This document shows positions 10,496 through 19,694 of a DNA stretch of 58,850 bases, piece after piece. The position numbers were made by a program, and so were the translations under genes. The notes beneath the pieces are model-generated. The model was not told the DNA's origin. It made no database searches and worked only from the letters and a program-made list of their open reading frames with translations. This DNA is from Bacillota bacterium (GTDB lineage Bacteria > Bacillota > SHA-98 > UBA4971): positions 1-58,850 of the forward strand of contig DUVA01000181.1 of NCBI GenBank assembly GCA_012841305.1, written 5' to 3'. The first letter of the stretch is position 1. Each line of letters starts with the position of its first letter.

Positions 10496-10537
10496 ACTAA
10501 ACCCTCCCACCCGTTAAGAGCCTTACTCATAATCTAA

Positions 10538-10553
10538 TGCAAGTTCTATGCCA
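10538..10553 (-). promoter_or_regulatory. Sigma-54 (-24/-12) promoter of the lysine-fermentation operon
   Basis: The minus strand reads TGGCATAGAACTTGCA, which fits TGGCAC-N5-TTGCW with correct GG/GC spacing. The -12 element lies about 45 nt upstream of the kdd ATG. Confidence 0.65.
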
Positions 10554-10699
10554 TCATAATATCAGTCTGTGTCAAGCCGAGGCTGTGGTAACACCTGCCC
10601 TCACGCTAGTGTAATGCGGTAATACGTGGAATTTGGAAGCCGCCGAAAGGCTGGGAAACGATGCCGAAAGTTAGGCTGCTGCTTAAGGTTGGGCACCTT

Positions 10700-12097
10700 C
10701 TAATCAGTTGCCGGGAAGCCCCATGAATAATGCTTATCTTTGACTTCCCCGAGGTAAACAGGGGTTACCGCCTGGCGGAGTTCGCTTCTGCAGAACTCCG
10801 CGCGATTCAGTCCTACTTGAATGTGTTCATTGCAGGTTACGTATTTCCAGACAAGGCCTGTACGGTAGTTTTCTATCATGAGCAGGATTAGTCCTGCCGA
10901 GATTCCATGATAAGTCTCAGACCACCACTTCCCGTCTGCTGTGAAGCCTGAAGTAAAGCCGTATTTCCCCCATATACGGCTACCGTGTCTTTTGAGCATC
11001 TCTCTTGTAGCTTGCATAGAATCGTAAGGAGAAAACGGAATACACCCTATGGGCGCATGAGGGGCAAATACTCCGTGGTAGCAGTCGGCTGACGCCCCGT
11101 AGACTTGATATCCCTTAGGGCCTTCGCATAGGCTAAGTCCCCAAAGATCCCTGGTATGGGTCTTAAACTCACAAGATCTGAGCATAGAGTAGATACGGTT
11201 ATATCTTGTGGCTGACACCGTGTTATTCCAGTAGTTGGCGTAATAATCTTCTTTCGCTTTCACGTCTAGCCATAAATGGGGCAAGATGTAGGATGTGAGG
11301 CTTTCTTGAGGCACAAATATGTAGTTTCCCCGCACAGGCCTTCGAATTCTATGCCATGTTGATGCAGGCACGGGGTACGTAGGAGAACCCATTGCAAGGA
11401 TATACATTAGCATACTCTCATCGAAGGAGTCCCAACGCGCATCTTCAAAACCTGACTCAGGAGTCCAATTCCTGGCCAGTGTTTCACCGTGGTTCATCAT
11501 CCATTGCCAATTCACAGCTGAGTAAATCTCATATGCAAGGTCTTGGACCGCGGTTTGTGAGAAGAATTCTCCTGCGAACAATGCGCCTGCTATCAGAATA
11601 CATGTGTCCATTGAGGATACCTTGCTCTCTTGAAATCTGATACCTTCATTTATGTCAAGGAGCTGATAGAAGAACCCATTCGTTCGCTGAATTCTGTCTG
11701 AACTGAGCGTGCTCAAGGTGGTAGCGATTCTGTCATACCCTTCTTCCCTGCCTATCCATCCTCGCCTAATCCCTACAGGTATGGCAGACAGTCCTAGGCC
11801 TACCGCTGCTATGCTGCAAGGTGAATCCTCCGCGCTAGAGTGCGGGATGAGGCCGTTATGCGGGTTTGCTTCGTGCCAGAAATAATCAAAGGATTTCTTG
11901 GAGATTATAGAAAGCAGCTCCTCGTCATCCATGAGCAGAAGTCGGGACGCAAGGTTGTCTCTGCTGAGGGTGGTGTCTTCAAGGCCTGCCACGACTGAAG
12001 TAGTAACGGAAGTTAGGATAATAACTATGGAGGCAAGTATTACAGACCTATGAAGAAGCCAGGAAAAATAGCGTACACTTGCCGGATGCATTTCCAT
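10700..12097 (-). CDS. Membrane-anchored six-hairpin glycosidase-like protein (putative glucoamylase/GH144, PF10091-like)
   Basis: N-terminal TM segment, then FDYFWHEANPHNGLIP...MDTCILIAGALFAGEFF...GKYGFTSGF, reminiscent of endo-beta-1,2-glucanase-type (alpha/alpha)6 proteins. Assigned from memory of the family. Confidence 0.55.
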   Translation of the reverse strand: MEMHPASVRYFSWLLHRSVILASIVIILTSVTTSVVAGLEDTTLSRDNLASRLLLMDDEELLSIISKKSFDYFWHEANPHNGLIPHSSAEDSPCSIAAVGLGLSAIPVGIRRGWIGREEGYDRIATTLSTLSSDRIQRTNGFFYQLLDINEGIRFQESKVSSMDTCILIAGALFAGEFFSQTAVQDLAYEIYSAVNWQWMMNHGETLARNWTPESGFEDARWDSFDESMLMYILAMGSPTYPVPASTWHRIRRPVRGNYIFVPQESLTSYILPHLWLDVKAKEDYYANYWNNTVSATRYNRIYSMLRSCEFKTHTRDLWGLSLCEGPKGYQVYGASADCYHGVFAPHAPIGCIPFSPYDSMQATREMLKRHGSRIWGKYGFTSGFTADGKWWSETYHGISAGLILLMIENYRTGLVWKYVTCNEHIQVGLNRAEFCRSELRQAVTPVYLGEVKDKHYSWGFPATD

Positions 12098-12127
12098 ACC
12101 CTCCTAGGCAGGCTATCACAGCGGGAT

Positions 12128-13048
12128 TCAAACAAGTCTTGCAAGCAGGCAGTCTCTGTCCCCTTGTAGAAAATCAATTAGAGGCAGCTCAGGTAGGGTA
12201 TATGCTCCCGGGGATTGCTTAAGGCCGGCTCGTATGGCACCTACCATAATCTGCCCTGTAAGCGCAGGATTGTTTATGCTCATTTCAAACCTGAACCGCT
12301 GGTTCGAGGATATCCCTGAAACTCCCTTTCTTTCAATCATAACGCCGTGTCCAAGGTCTTTCAGGCTACTTACGCTGTCAGTACACGTAACCACAGTCTC
12401 GTCATTTGAGAAGTAAGGGTCGGTTATGATGGCTTCTCTCACTGAATCAAAATCAGCGCCTTCGTCGAGCTCCACGTACACCATGCGCCTGTGCACTCCT
12501 TGGCCTTTGGGATAAGTCATGGATATTGCATCTTTTACGCCTGGAACGGCTCTTACCGCAGTTGTGTGTCCCATACTCAGCCCAGGCCCGAAGTTTGTGC
12601 AGGTGATTCCCGAAGGCGCCATGATCTCCAGCATTACCCGGATCAGTGAATCAGTTCCGGGATCCCATCCTGAGGCGATTACTGCAACGCTTCCTGCTTC
12701 CCGCGCCACACGATCAAGAGTCTTCTTGACATGGATGAGTTCCCGATGAATATCGTAACTGTCCACTGTGTTAATGCCCAAACTGAGGATTTCCTCAGCG
12801 TACTTAGGAACTTGGCGGGTAGGGACTGCAAGGCATGCGACTTCCACCTGATCCAGGCTTTCGATGGACGCGACGACAGGAGTATCTCGGAGCTCAGGCG
12901 GGATACTCAGGCAGAGGCTCTCAGGCCTTCTTACGATACCCGCAAGCTCCAGATCCCCGGATGCCAAAATAGCTTGAGCAGCGAATGTTCCGACATTTCC
13001 GCACCCTACTACCGCAACTCGATGTTTTTTCTCATTTGACATATCCAT
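12128..13048 (-). CDS. ddh: meso-diaminopimelate D-dehydrogenase
   Basis: VAVVGCGNVG Rossmann motif, GWDPGTDSLIRV and GPGLSMGHTTAVRAVPGVKDA match the Ddh signature regions. The end LLARLV is Ddh-like. Confidence 0.8.
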   Translation of the reverse strand: MDMSNEKKHRVAVVGCGNVGTFAAQAILASGDLELAGIVRRPESLCLSIPPELRDTPVVASIESLDQVEVACLAVPTRQVPKYAEEILSLGINTVDSYDIHRELIHVKKTLDRVAREAGSVAVIASGWDPGTDSLIRVMLEIMAPSGITCTNFGPGLSMGHTTAVRAVPGVKDAISMTYPKGQGVHRRMVYVELDEGADFDSVREAIITDPYFSNDETVVTCTDSVSSLKDLGHGVMIERKGVSGISSNQRFRFEMSINNPALTGQIMVGAIRAGLKQSPGAYTLPELPLIDFLQGDRDCLLARLV

Positions 13049-14705
13049 TGCCTTCCTTCAAAAGAATAGAGGTTGAGTCCTGGCGGGGCTTACCGCGCCT
13101 TAGGAGGCAGCCGGGCCGCTCTCCCGTCAAATCCCCTTCGCAAAAAGCGAGTCTGCCGTTGACAATAACGTGTGAGAATCCCCTGGATAACTCATTGGGG
13201 TTATCAAATGTTGCCATATCCTCCACTTCGTCAGGGGAAAAGATTACTACGTCCCCCGCCATTCCCGGTCTTAGGATTCCTCGATCGAGGAGTCCCAAAC
13301 GCCAGGCAGACGCAGAGCTCATCTTCCTTACCGCTTCTTCAAGGGTAAGGACCTTCTCATCGCGCACCATGTGCCTTAATACCTTGCTGAAGGTTCCGTA
13401 CTGTCTTGGGTGGGACTTGCCACTTGAAGTCCATATCCCATCCGACCCAACCATGTGCAATGGTGAGGTAAACGTCGCAAGTACGTCTTCCCGATGGAAC
13501 GCTGACATGAGCCCCAGAGTCTTGCAGCTATCAGCTATGAGAAGGGTTGAGAGGATATCGAAGGGATCTTGTCCGAGTTCGTCTGACAACTGTTGGAGGC
13601 TCTTGCCCTCGTATGCCTTGTACTTGGTAGATGATACTGAAGATACTATGATGTTCTGCCAACCTACCAGAGCAACCTTACATTCCCACATCTTATCAGA
13701 GGTGCCATGAAGAGTTTCATGCCTTATCCTCTTATGCATCTCGTTATCTTGAAGCAAGACACTGAGGTTTTCAATCCCGCCCTCAAGCACCCAGGGAGGA
13801 AGAACCGAGCCGAGTGTGGTGCTTGCTACCGTGTAAGGATACATGTCACAGGTGATATCAATCCCCATCCTCCGTGCTTCTTCCATCACGTCCAGGGCTT
13901 GACTGACTTTCCCCCAGTTTGCTTCCCCTACAGCTTCCAAGTGTGACACATGTCCCGGTACCTTCGCTTCTCTTAGAATCCCCAACAGTTCCTGGATGGA
14001 CTCAAGAAGACATGTTCCGTATGTACGTATGTGGGCTGCAAGGAATCCCCCATATTCACCTGCTGTCCTTGCGAGTTCTCGAAGTTCTGCTGAGTCTGCA
14101 AAAGAGCCCGGCGCATAAATCAGGCCAATGGACAAGCCAAAAGCGCCGCCTTCCATGGCGTTTCTGAGAAAGCATTTCATCTTGGACATCTGCTCCCGGG
14201 AAGGGGGCCCCGGGTTATATCCCATGGCTGCTATTCGAATCGCCCCGTGACCTACCAGACTTGCCACATTAGTAGTAAGTCCTTTGGCATCCAGTAGAGC
14301 CAAGTAGTGGCTAATCGATGGTGCGACATCGTCTTCTGTGACATGCTTGGACAAAGAGGCCAAGTATGCGGTGAAAAGAGACTTGGTTTCCGGAACCATG
14401 GGGTACATGGAAAATCCGCAATTGCCGGCTACAACCGTGGTGACACCTTGCGAGAGCTTGGCGAGATTATCAGGATTTTCAGGGAAGCTAAGGTCGTCAT
14501 GGGAATGAATATCAATGAAACCCGGGCTCGCCACGCGTCCGTCAGCGTCAATCGTCAAATGGGCGGATTCGTCCACGTGCCTGTCCATGGCAACTATGTA
14601 TCCCCGGGATATCCCGATATCTCCCCTGAACCACGGGTTTCCCGTCCCGTCAACAATGCGTGCATTCTTGATCAATATGTCCAGCACTCTACCTAATGCC
14701 TCCAC
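13032..14705 (-). CDS. D-aminoacylase (N-acyl-D-amino-acid deacylase), amidohydrolase superfamily
   Basis: NARIVDGTGNPWFRGDIGI...PGFIDIHSHDD metal-binding motif and overall length (557 aa). It overlaps the rluD stop and the ddh start. Confidence 0.75.
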   Translation of the reverse strand: MEALGRVLDILIKNARIVDGTGNPWFRGDIGISRGYIVAMDRHVDESAHLTIDADGRVASPGFIDIHSHDDLSFPENPDNLAKLSQGVTTVVAGNCGFSMYPMVPETKSLFTAYLASLSKHVTEDDVAPSISHYLALLDAKGLTTNVASLVGHGAIRIAAMGYNPGPPSREQMSKMKCFLRNAMEGGAFGLSIGLIYAPGSFADSAELRELARTAGEYGGFLAAHIRTYGTCLLESIQELLGILREAKVPGHVSHLEAVGEANWGKVSQALDVMEEARRMGIDITCDMYPYTVASTTLGSVLPPWVLEGGIENLSVLLQDNEMHKRIRHETLHGTSDKMWECKVALVGWQNIIVSSVSSTKYKAYEGKSLQQLSDELGQDPFDILSTLLIADSCKTLGLMSAFHREDVLATFTSPLHMVGSDGIWTSSGKSHPRQYGTFSKVLRHMVRDEKVLTLEEAVRKMSSASAWRLGLLDRGILRPGMAGDVVIFSPDEVEDMATFDNPNELSRGFSHVIVNGRLAFCEGDLTGERPGCLLRRGKPRQDSTSILLKEGNGYVK

Positions 14706-15639
14706 TATCCAGTTTCATCAACACAGAACACATGTCTTCCGGTATTGGCGCCTCGATGTACATATGTTCACCGGTTGTTGGGTGGGTGAATGCCAGTGAG
14801 AAAGCATGTAGGGCTTGTCCTGTCATGCCGAAAGATTTTCCGCCTCGGGGTCCGTATACGTTATCCCCGATAATCGGATGGCCGATGTGCTTCAAGTGAA
14901 CTCGTATCTGGTGAGTTCTTCCGGTGATAGGTTGGACTCTGAGCAACGCGTATCCTCGGAACTCCCTTAGTGTCTCGTAATATGTTAGCGCAGCACGGGT
15001 TTTTCCCTCTTTAAGCACAGCCATCTTCTTTCTATGAATCGGGTGGCGTCCAACTGCTGCATCGATGTGCCCTTCTCTTTCATCGGGAACACCTGCGACT
15101 ATTGCAAGATAGATTTTTTCAACCATACGCCGCCTGAGGTCTCTTGCAAGAGTCATATGTGCTATGTCAGTCTTGGCAACTAAGATCACGCCTGACGTGT
15201 TCTTATCAAGCCTGTGGACAATTCCGGGGCGCTCCTTTCCGCCGATAGTCGACAATTTGTCGCTATGGTCAAGAAGGGCATTTACCAATGTCCCTGACCG
15301 GTTGCCACAAGCAGGATGAACTACCAGGCCACGGGGTTTGTTCACTGCGATTATGTCATCATCTTCATAGAGAATGTCCAAAGGGATATCTTCAGGCAAT
15401 ACCAAGTCTCTTTCAGGGGCGGGAACAGTGACAGACAGAATATCACCTTCCTTCACCTTCCTGCTTACTCGTGCATGCTCCCTGTTTATCAAGACAAGGT
15501 TACCTGTAATGAGCTTCTGCACGCGTGACCTGGAAAGGGCAAGCTGCCATGAAAGATAAACATCAAGGCGCTTGCCCTCATCACATTGCTCAACTTTGAT
15601 TATTCTAGTTTGCGATGTGTCAACTCCCGGCGACTCCAT
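14689..15639 (-). CDS. rluD: 23S rRNA pseudouridine synthase, RluD/RluA family
   Basis: S4 domain (RLDVYLS), catalytic HRLDKNTSGVILVAK, GRTHQIRVHL. Confidence 0.9.
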   Translation of the reverse strand: MESPGVDTSQTRIIKVEQCDEGKRLDVYLSWQLALSRSRVQKLITGNLVLINREHARVSRKVKEGDILSVTVPAPERDLVLPEDIPLDILYEDDDIIAVNKPRGLVVHPACGNRSGTLVNALLDHSDKLSTIGGKERPGIVHRLDKNTSGVILVAKTDIAHMTLARDLRRRMVEKIYLAIVAGVPDEREGHIDAAVGRHPIHRKKMAVLKEGKTRAALTYYETLREFRGYALLRVQPITGRTHQIRVHLKHIGHPIIGDNVYGPRGGKSFGMTGQALHAFSLAFTHPTTGEHMYIEAPIPEDMCSVLMKLDSGGIR

Positions 15640-15644
15640 GCCGA

Positions 15645-16409
15645 TTACCGCTGGCTTGCCGGACTTTGTTCCTCAATCGGTTCAGAAGATAGAATACGTA
15701 TGCAGGCAAATGCGCCAATTACAAGAAGTACGCTTGCTAGTTGAGTTATGGAGAATGGACCGATAAGTCTCGGCACATCCCTGAAAATCTCTACGATAAA
15801 CCTGCTAATAGAGTAGAGCCCTACGTAGAGAAACATTAGGTACCCCGGGAATTTCGTGTGATCCTTCTTAGCATATAAGGTTATAAAGATTACAAGACTC
15901 AAAAGGGCTGCGTAAATTTGAGTCGGATGTCTTAACGTGGCGTCGCCTGCACGACATGCCAGAGCCCATGGGACATTAGCAGGCAAACCAAAGCAGCAAC
16001 CATTCAGGAGACACCCGATTCTTACGATGGCATAGCCCAGCGCTATCAGAGGGGCGATAATATCAGCCATTATCCACCCGTTGAGCCCTGAGCGGCGCGT
16101 AAACGCTATGCCCACAAGAAGCGCAGCGATGAATCCTCCGTGGTAGGCCAGTCCTCCGTCGCGGAGATTAATGATTTGGATCGGGTCTCTGAAGTATGTC
16201 GGTATATCCAGCAGCACGAATAGCAGTCTTGCCCCAATTATCGCTGAGATACATACATACAGGGCCAGATCAAGGAACTTGTCAGGATCGATATCTCTTC
16301 GTCTTGCTTCGCGTATTCCCAGTATCGTACATACGACAAATGCGATAGCTAGAGAAAAGCCATATGAGAGGATAGGCACCCTCCCAAGTTGAAACAGAAT
16401 AGGCCTCAT
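15645..16409 (-). CDS. lgt: Prolipoprotein diacylglyceryl transferase
   Basis: Polytopic protein with YGFSLAIAF, GARLLFVL, GGLAYHGG, RIGCLLNGCCFG and HPTQIY motifs. Confidence 0.9.
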   Translation of the reverse strand: MRPILFQLGRVPILSYGFSLAIAFVVCTILGIREARRRDIDPDKFLDLALYVCISAIIGARLLFVLLDIPTYFRDPIQIINLRDGGLAYHGGFIAALLVGIAFTRRSGLNGWIMADIIAPLIALGYAIVRIGCLLNGCCFGLPANVPWALACRAGDATLRHPTQIYAALLSLVIFITLYAKKDHTKFPGYLMFLYVGLYSISRFIVEIFRDVPRLIGPFSITQLASVLLVIGAFACIRILSSEPIEEQSPASQR

Positions 16410-16900
16410 TTACTATTCCTCCCCCCAGGGTTTCCTATGACCAAGCTGTAAATCAAGACAGCCGCCCCTACACAGACAGCAATGTCTGCTACATTAAACA
16501 CAGGCCAGATGTGTACGTCTATGAAGTCTATTACGTGGCCCAGCCGGATTCTGTCAATCAGGTTTCCTGCTGCTCCGCCCACCACCATTCCGGCACCCAG
16601 CCGGAGTTTTTCACCAAGATGCTTATGGATGCCTTGTGCGACAACTATGATCCAAGCCGCCACGACCAGGCATGATACGATAATTGGGACTCTTGCAGTG
16701 GATAGGACGCCTAACGCAGAGCCTGGATTGTAGATTCGGGATATCTCGACAAGTCCTCCCAAGACAGAGATACCGGCACCGGTCGGGACGGTCTTCTCCA
16801 CCAGAAGTTTTGTGACCTGATCAAGGACGACAATGGCTGCAGGCAAGAAAAGTGACTGCACTATGACAGGATCTCTCCTCGCTACGTCATCTGTTACCAT
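16406..16900 (-). CDS. lspA: Lipoprotein signal peptidase II
   Basis: LDQVTK, NPGSA, GGAAGNLIDR and VFNVADI motifs. I chose the ATG at 16900 (GAGGG RBS) rather than the longer ORF to 16978. Confidence 0.85.
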   Translation of the reverse strand: MVTDDVARRDPVIVQSLFLPAAIVVLDQVTKLLVEKTVPTGAGISVLGGLVEISRIYNPGSALGVLSTARVPIIVSCLVVAAWIIVVAQGIHKHLGEKLRLGAGMVVGGAAGNLIDRIRLGHVIDFIDVHIWPVFNVADIAVCVGAAVLIYSLVIGNPGGRNSK

Positions 16901-17019
16901 GAGACGAGCCCTCAACGTGGGTATTGTACCATACATTGAAAGCGAGTTCAAGAACGCCCGGCACGCGTCGCGCTTCACGCATTCAGCGGTTCACACCCTT
17001 CAACATGCTGTTTGCACTA

Positions 17020-17694
17020 TCAGCGCGTACGCTTTATCCGGCTGCGTTGCCCTCCCGGAATCACCTTATAGTCTTTGGTAGCGATCATCTCTACATCTTC
17101 AACTGCTCCTCTCGTCTGATTCCCACCTTCTTCGAAGACTTCCCGACTGTCGAGGACGCCTACCAGATCTTGAGGCCCGCTTGCTGACCCATACCTCTCC
17201 AGATCTTGCCACACGTCTTCTCCGTCTGTGCCCGGAGTCTTCCTGTCGCGTATACCATTTCCAAATGGGATTCCAAGCACCTCTTCTTCTATGGGCCTGT
17301 CCCTTTTTGGAGGAGCAGTTGTATGAACATCACCTTGACACCGGCTACAGAGGCGTGTGTAGGGAATCAGATCCAGTCTGTCTTCTTCAATATCATTGCC
17401 GCAGTGTTCACATGTGCCGTAATTACCGCTATTTAAGAGGTCTATGGCTTCATCTACTCTCTTTAGGATGATCTTTGCGTCCTCACACAACTTTATGTCT
17501 TTTCCACGCTCAAAGAGCTCAGACGAGACGTCAGCCGGGTGGTTGTCATAGAGTGAAAGCTCACCTATGGAGTCTTTCATAGCTTGCTTTATACCCCCTT
17601 CTCCCTTTCCTTCCAGCGCCTCGATACGTTGTATGAGCCTTGCTCTTTCAGACAGTAATCGTTCCAGGTAATTCTGTATAGTCTCTTTATTCAC
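17020..17694 (-). CDS. ylyA: TraR/DksA-family zinc-finger protein (YlyA/YteA-like)
   Basis: C4 finger CEHCGNDI...CSRCQ after a coiled-coil region. Synteny ylyA-lspA-...-rluD as in Bacillus. Confidence 0.7.
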   Translation of the reverse strand: MNKETIQNYLERLLSERARLIQRIEALEGKGEGGIKQAMKDSIGELSLYDNHPADVSSELFERGKDIKLCEDAKIILKRVDEAIDLLNSGNYGTCEHCGNDIEEDRLDLIPYTRLCSRCQGDVHTTAPPKRDRPIEEEVLGIPFGNGIRDRKTPGTDGEDVWQDLERYGSASGPQDLVGVLDSREVFEEGGNQTRGAVEDVEMIATKDYKVIPGGQRSRIKRTR

Positions 17695-17707
17695 AGCCTT
17701 TAGCCTC

Positions 17708-18034
17708 CTATCTTAATCTCATGTGGCTGTTCACTGTTTTTACGATTTCCGCGATGAATTCACCGATTATGGGGATATTCAGCTGGACAATTCTGGACAG
17801 GATTATAATGAAGAGAGCTGCGAGTATTGTGGCGCCGATACCTATACCAAAGCCACGGGCAAGTCCCCCTAAGAAATTTACGAAGATTATCCTTCTGGGA
17901 TTCCTGAGGAACTCAACATACTCAGCAATGTTCATCTTATCCATAGCAAGGGATAATTCAGCTATACGGCGGATAAGAGTGTTTGCGGTTTCTCTGTCAA
18001 TATTCGCCTCTATTGGCTGATATCTCTTTGTCAT
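17708..18034 (-). CDS. Small membrane protein, DUF5665-like
   Basis: GGGAGG RBS before the ATG at 18034. NPRRIIFVNFLGGLARGFGIGIGATI hydrophobic core. Confidence 0.55.
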   Translation of the reverse strand: MTKRYQPIEANIDRETANTLIRRIAELSLAMDKMNIAEYVEFLRNPRRIIFVNFLGGLARGFGIGIGATILAALFIIILSRIVQLNIPIIGEFIAEIVKTVNSHMRLR

Positions 18035-18133
18035 GATTACATGTCCTCCCATTAGTTTGTCCAGGATACTATCTGTTTAACTGTTTGATAATGGTACGCA
18101 TCAGGACTCTTGAAAATGCTCATCAAAGCACTG

Positions 18134-18186
18134 CAAATTAAAAAGCGAGGCTTGACTGTGTACTTTAAGTACCCATAGCCTCGCTT
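18134..18186 (-). terminator. Rho-independent terminator
   Basis: On the minus strand, AGCGAGGCT-24 nt loop-AGCCTCGCT is followed by TTTTTAATTT, downstream of the gene ending at 18223. Confidence 0.75.
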
Positions 18187-18222
18187 TCTTATCCGTACCT
18201 GCTAAGATGCTTGTTCTTGCTT

Positions 18223-18474
18223 CTATGTGGTTATTGCTGATTTCACCTTAACGCCTTTTACATTGCCTAGTTTACCTGTAAGACTACCAATTTCATCTGT
18301 GGTCCCATTGATGATCAGAGCTATGACCCCTGCTTCTTTCTCTATGTGTGGAACACCTAGACGTCCGACGATAATGTCTGCGTGAAGACTTAGAATTTCG
18401 TTGACTTTCTTTGCAGCATTTAACCTATCCTCTACAACTATACCTACAACCGCAATTCTTGATTCTGAATCCAT
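18223..18474 (-). CDS. TM1266-family small ACT/NikR-C-like regulator (annotated in databases as iron-only hydrogenase system regulator)
   Basis: RIAVVGIVVEDR...VNEILSLHADIIVGRLGVP...GVIALIINGTTDEIGSLTGKLGNVKGVKVKS matches my recollection of the family. Confidence 0.6.
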   Translation of the reverse strand: MDSESRIAVVGIVVEDRLNAAKKVNEILSLHADIIVGRLGVPHIEKEAGVIALIINGTTDEIGSLTGKLGNVKGVKVKSAITT

Positions 18475-18494
18475 GTATCTCAAAGCCTCCTTAT

Positions 18495-18953
18495 CTAGCG
18501 TTTATCAAAAAAGGAAGGTAAAGGCCTGTCTTTCTTCTCCTCTCCCTCAGGCAAATCCAAGCCTATCTCAAAATTGCTTGGGGTGAATAAGAACACACCT
18601 TCACTTACCTTTTGCATACTGCCATTAAGTGCATACGTGGCGCCTCCGGCAAAATCCAATACGCGCCTGGCCAGTTCACGGTCTATGTCTGATATCCGCA
18701 CAATGACAGGACGCCTCTTCTTCAAACGCTCAAGGATGCCGGGGATATCGTCAAAGGATCCTGGTTCAGTGACTACCAACCTTGCTCTGGGTGATTGAGG
18801 AAGGGCAACCAGTCCCTTTCCTCGCTGACCTGCTCCGGCCCACGGACCTCCGTCACCTCGAAGTATGGAGTCTTCCGTAAACTCACATGTGTCATCAGCT
18901 ACTTCGCCGAACCCCATGAAGTCAAGGAGCCTGTCAATCAAACCTCTTCTCAC
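18495..18953 (-). CDS. sepF: Cell division protein SepF
   Basis: N-terminal LIDRLLDFMGF and C-terminal domain PVIVRISDIDRELARRVLDFAGGATYALNGSMQKVSEGVFLFTP. It lies downstream of ylmE as in Bacillus. Confidence 0.85.
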   Translation of the reverse strand: MRRGLIDRLLDFMGFGEVADDTCEFTEDSILRGDGGPWAGAGQRGKGLVALPQSPRARLVVTEPGSFDDIPGILERLKKRRPVIVRISDIDRELARRVLDFAGGATYALNGSMQKVSEGVFLFTPSNFEIGLDLPEGEEKKDRPLPSFFDKR

Positions 18954-18955
18954 GT

Positions 18956-19675
18956 TTACAGCACCGCCTTCCTGAAACGCGGACCGAATATCCCAGTGCC
19001 AATGCGGATCATCGTTGCCCCTTCCTCAACCGCGGTCTCAAAATCATGAGTCATGCCCATGGAAAGGTGAACCTTGCCGGGGCAGAATAGGCCGGCATCG
19101 CTGATTTTTTCACATATCTCTCTTGTCGTTCGAAAATACGGCCTTGCCTGCGAAGGGTCTTCTACAACAGGGGCAATGGACATTACCCCCCTAAGCCTGA
19201 CCCTACTGAGTGCCGAGATATCACCGGCTAAAGCTAAGGCATTCTCAGGTTCTATCCCGATTCTTGCGGGCTTACCCGTAACGTTGATTTCCAGGAGACA
19301 CTCTGCTGTTACATCCAGTCTCTCGGCGACTTTTTCCATTTCCTGCGCCAGCTTCCACGAGTCAAGTGAGTGAATTAACTCGAATATCGGAAGAGCGTGG
19401 CGCACCTTGTTGCGCTGCAAGTGGCCGACAAGATGCCAGCTTACCTTATTTCCGTCTATTTCATTCCCAAGCCTCTCGAATTTCGCCCTGGCTTCTTGAA
19501 CTCTGTTTTCACCCAGTATCGAGACGCCTTCGCCAACTGCTTCCATGATGTCCATGTCGTCCACGTTCTTCGTCACTGCAACAATGGTAATATCCTCGGG
19601 CTCACGTCCGGCTCTTTCCGCTGCTTCATAGACTCGGTTACGAACCAGTCTGAGCCTCTTAGCAATTTCAGTCAA
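18956..19675 (-). CDS. ylmE: YggS/YlmE-family PLP homeostasis protein
   Basis: VAVTKNV..., GENRVQEA, WHLVGHLQRNK, MGMTHDFETAVEEGATMIRIGTGIFG. Confidence 0.9.
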   Translation of the reverse strand: MTEIAKRLRLVRNRVYEAAERAGREPEDITIVAVTKNVDDMDIMEAVGEGVSILGENRVQEARAKFERLGNEIDGNKVSWHLVGHLQRNKVRHALPIFELIHSLDSWKLAQEMEKVAERLDVTAECLLEINVTGKPARIGIEPENALALAGDISALSRVRLRGVMSIAPVVEDPSQARPYFRTTREICEKISDAGLFCPGKVHLSMGMTHDFETAVEEGATMIRIGTGIFGPRFRKAVL

Positions 19676-19694
19676 AGATACGCTTCCCTCCTAT

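Noticed and set aside
10511-10699. Lysine (L-box) riboswitch upstream of the lysine operon
   Set aside because: I could not find the conserved L-box helices or motifs on the minus strand. A sigma-54 promoter with a short leader fits better.
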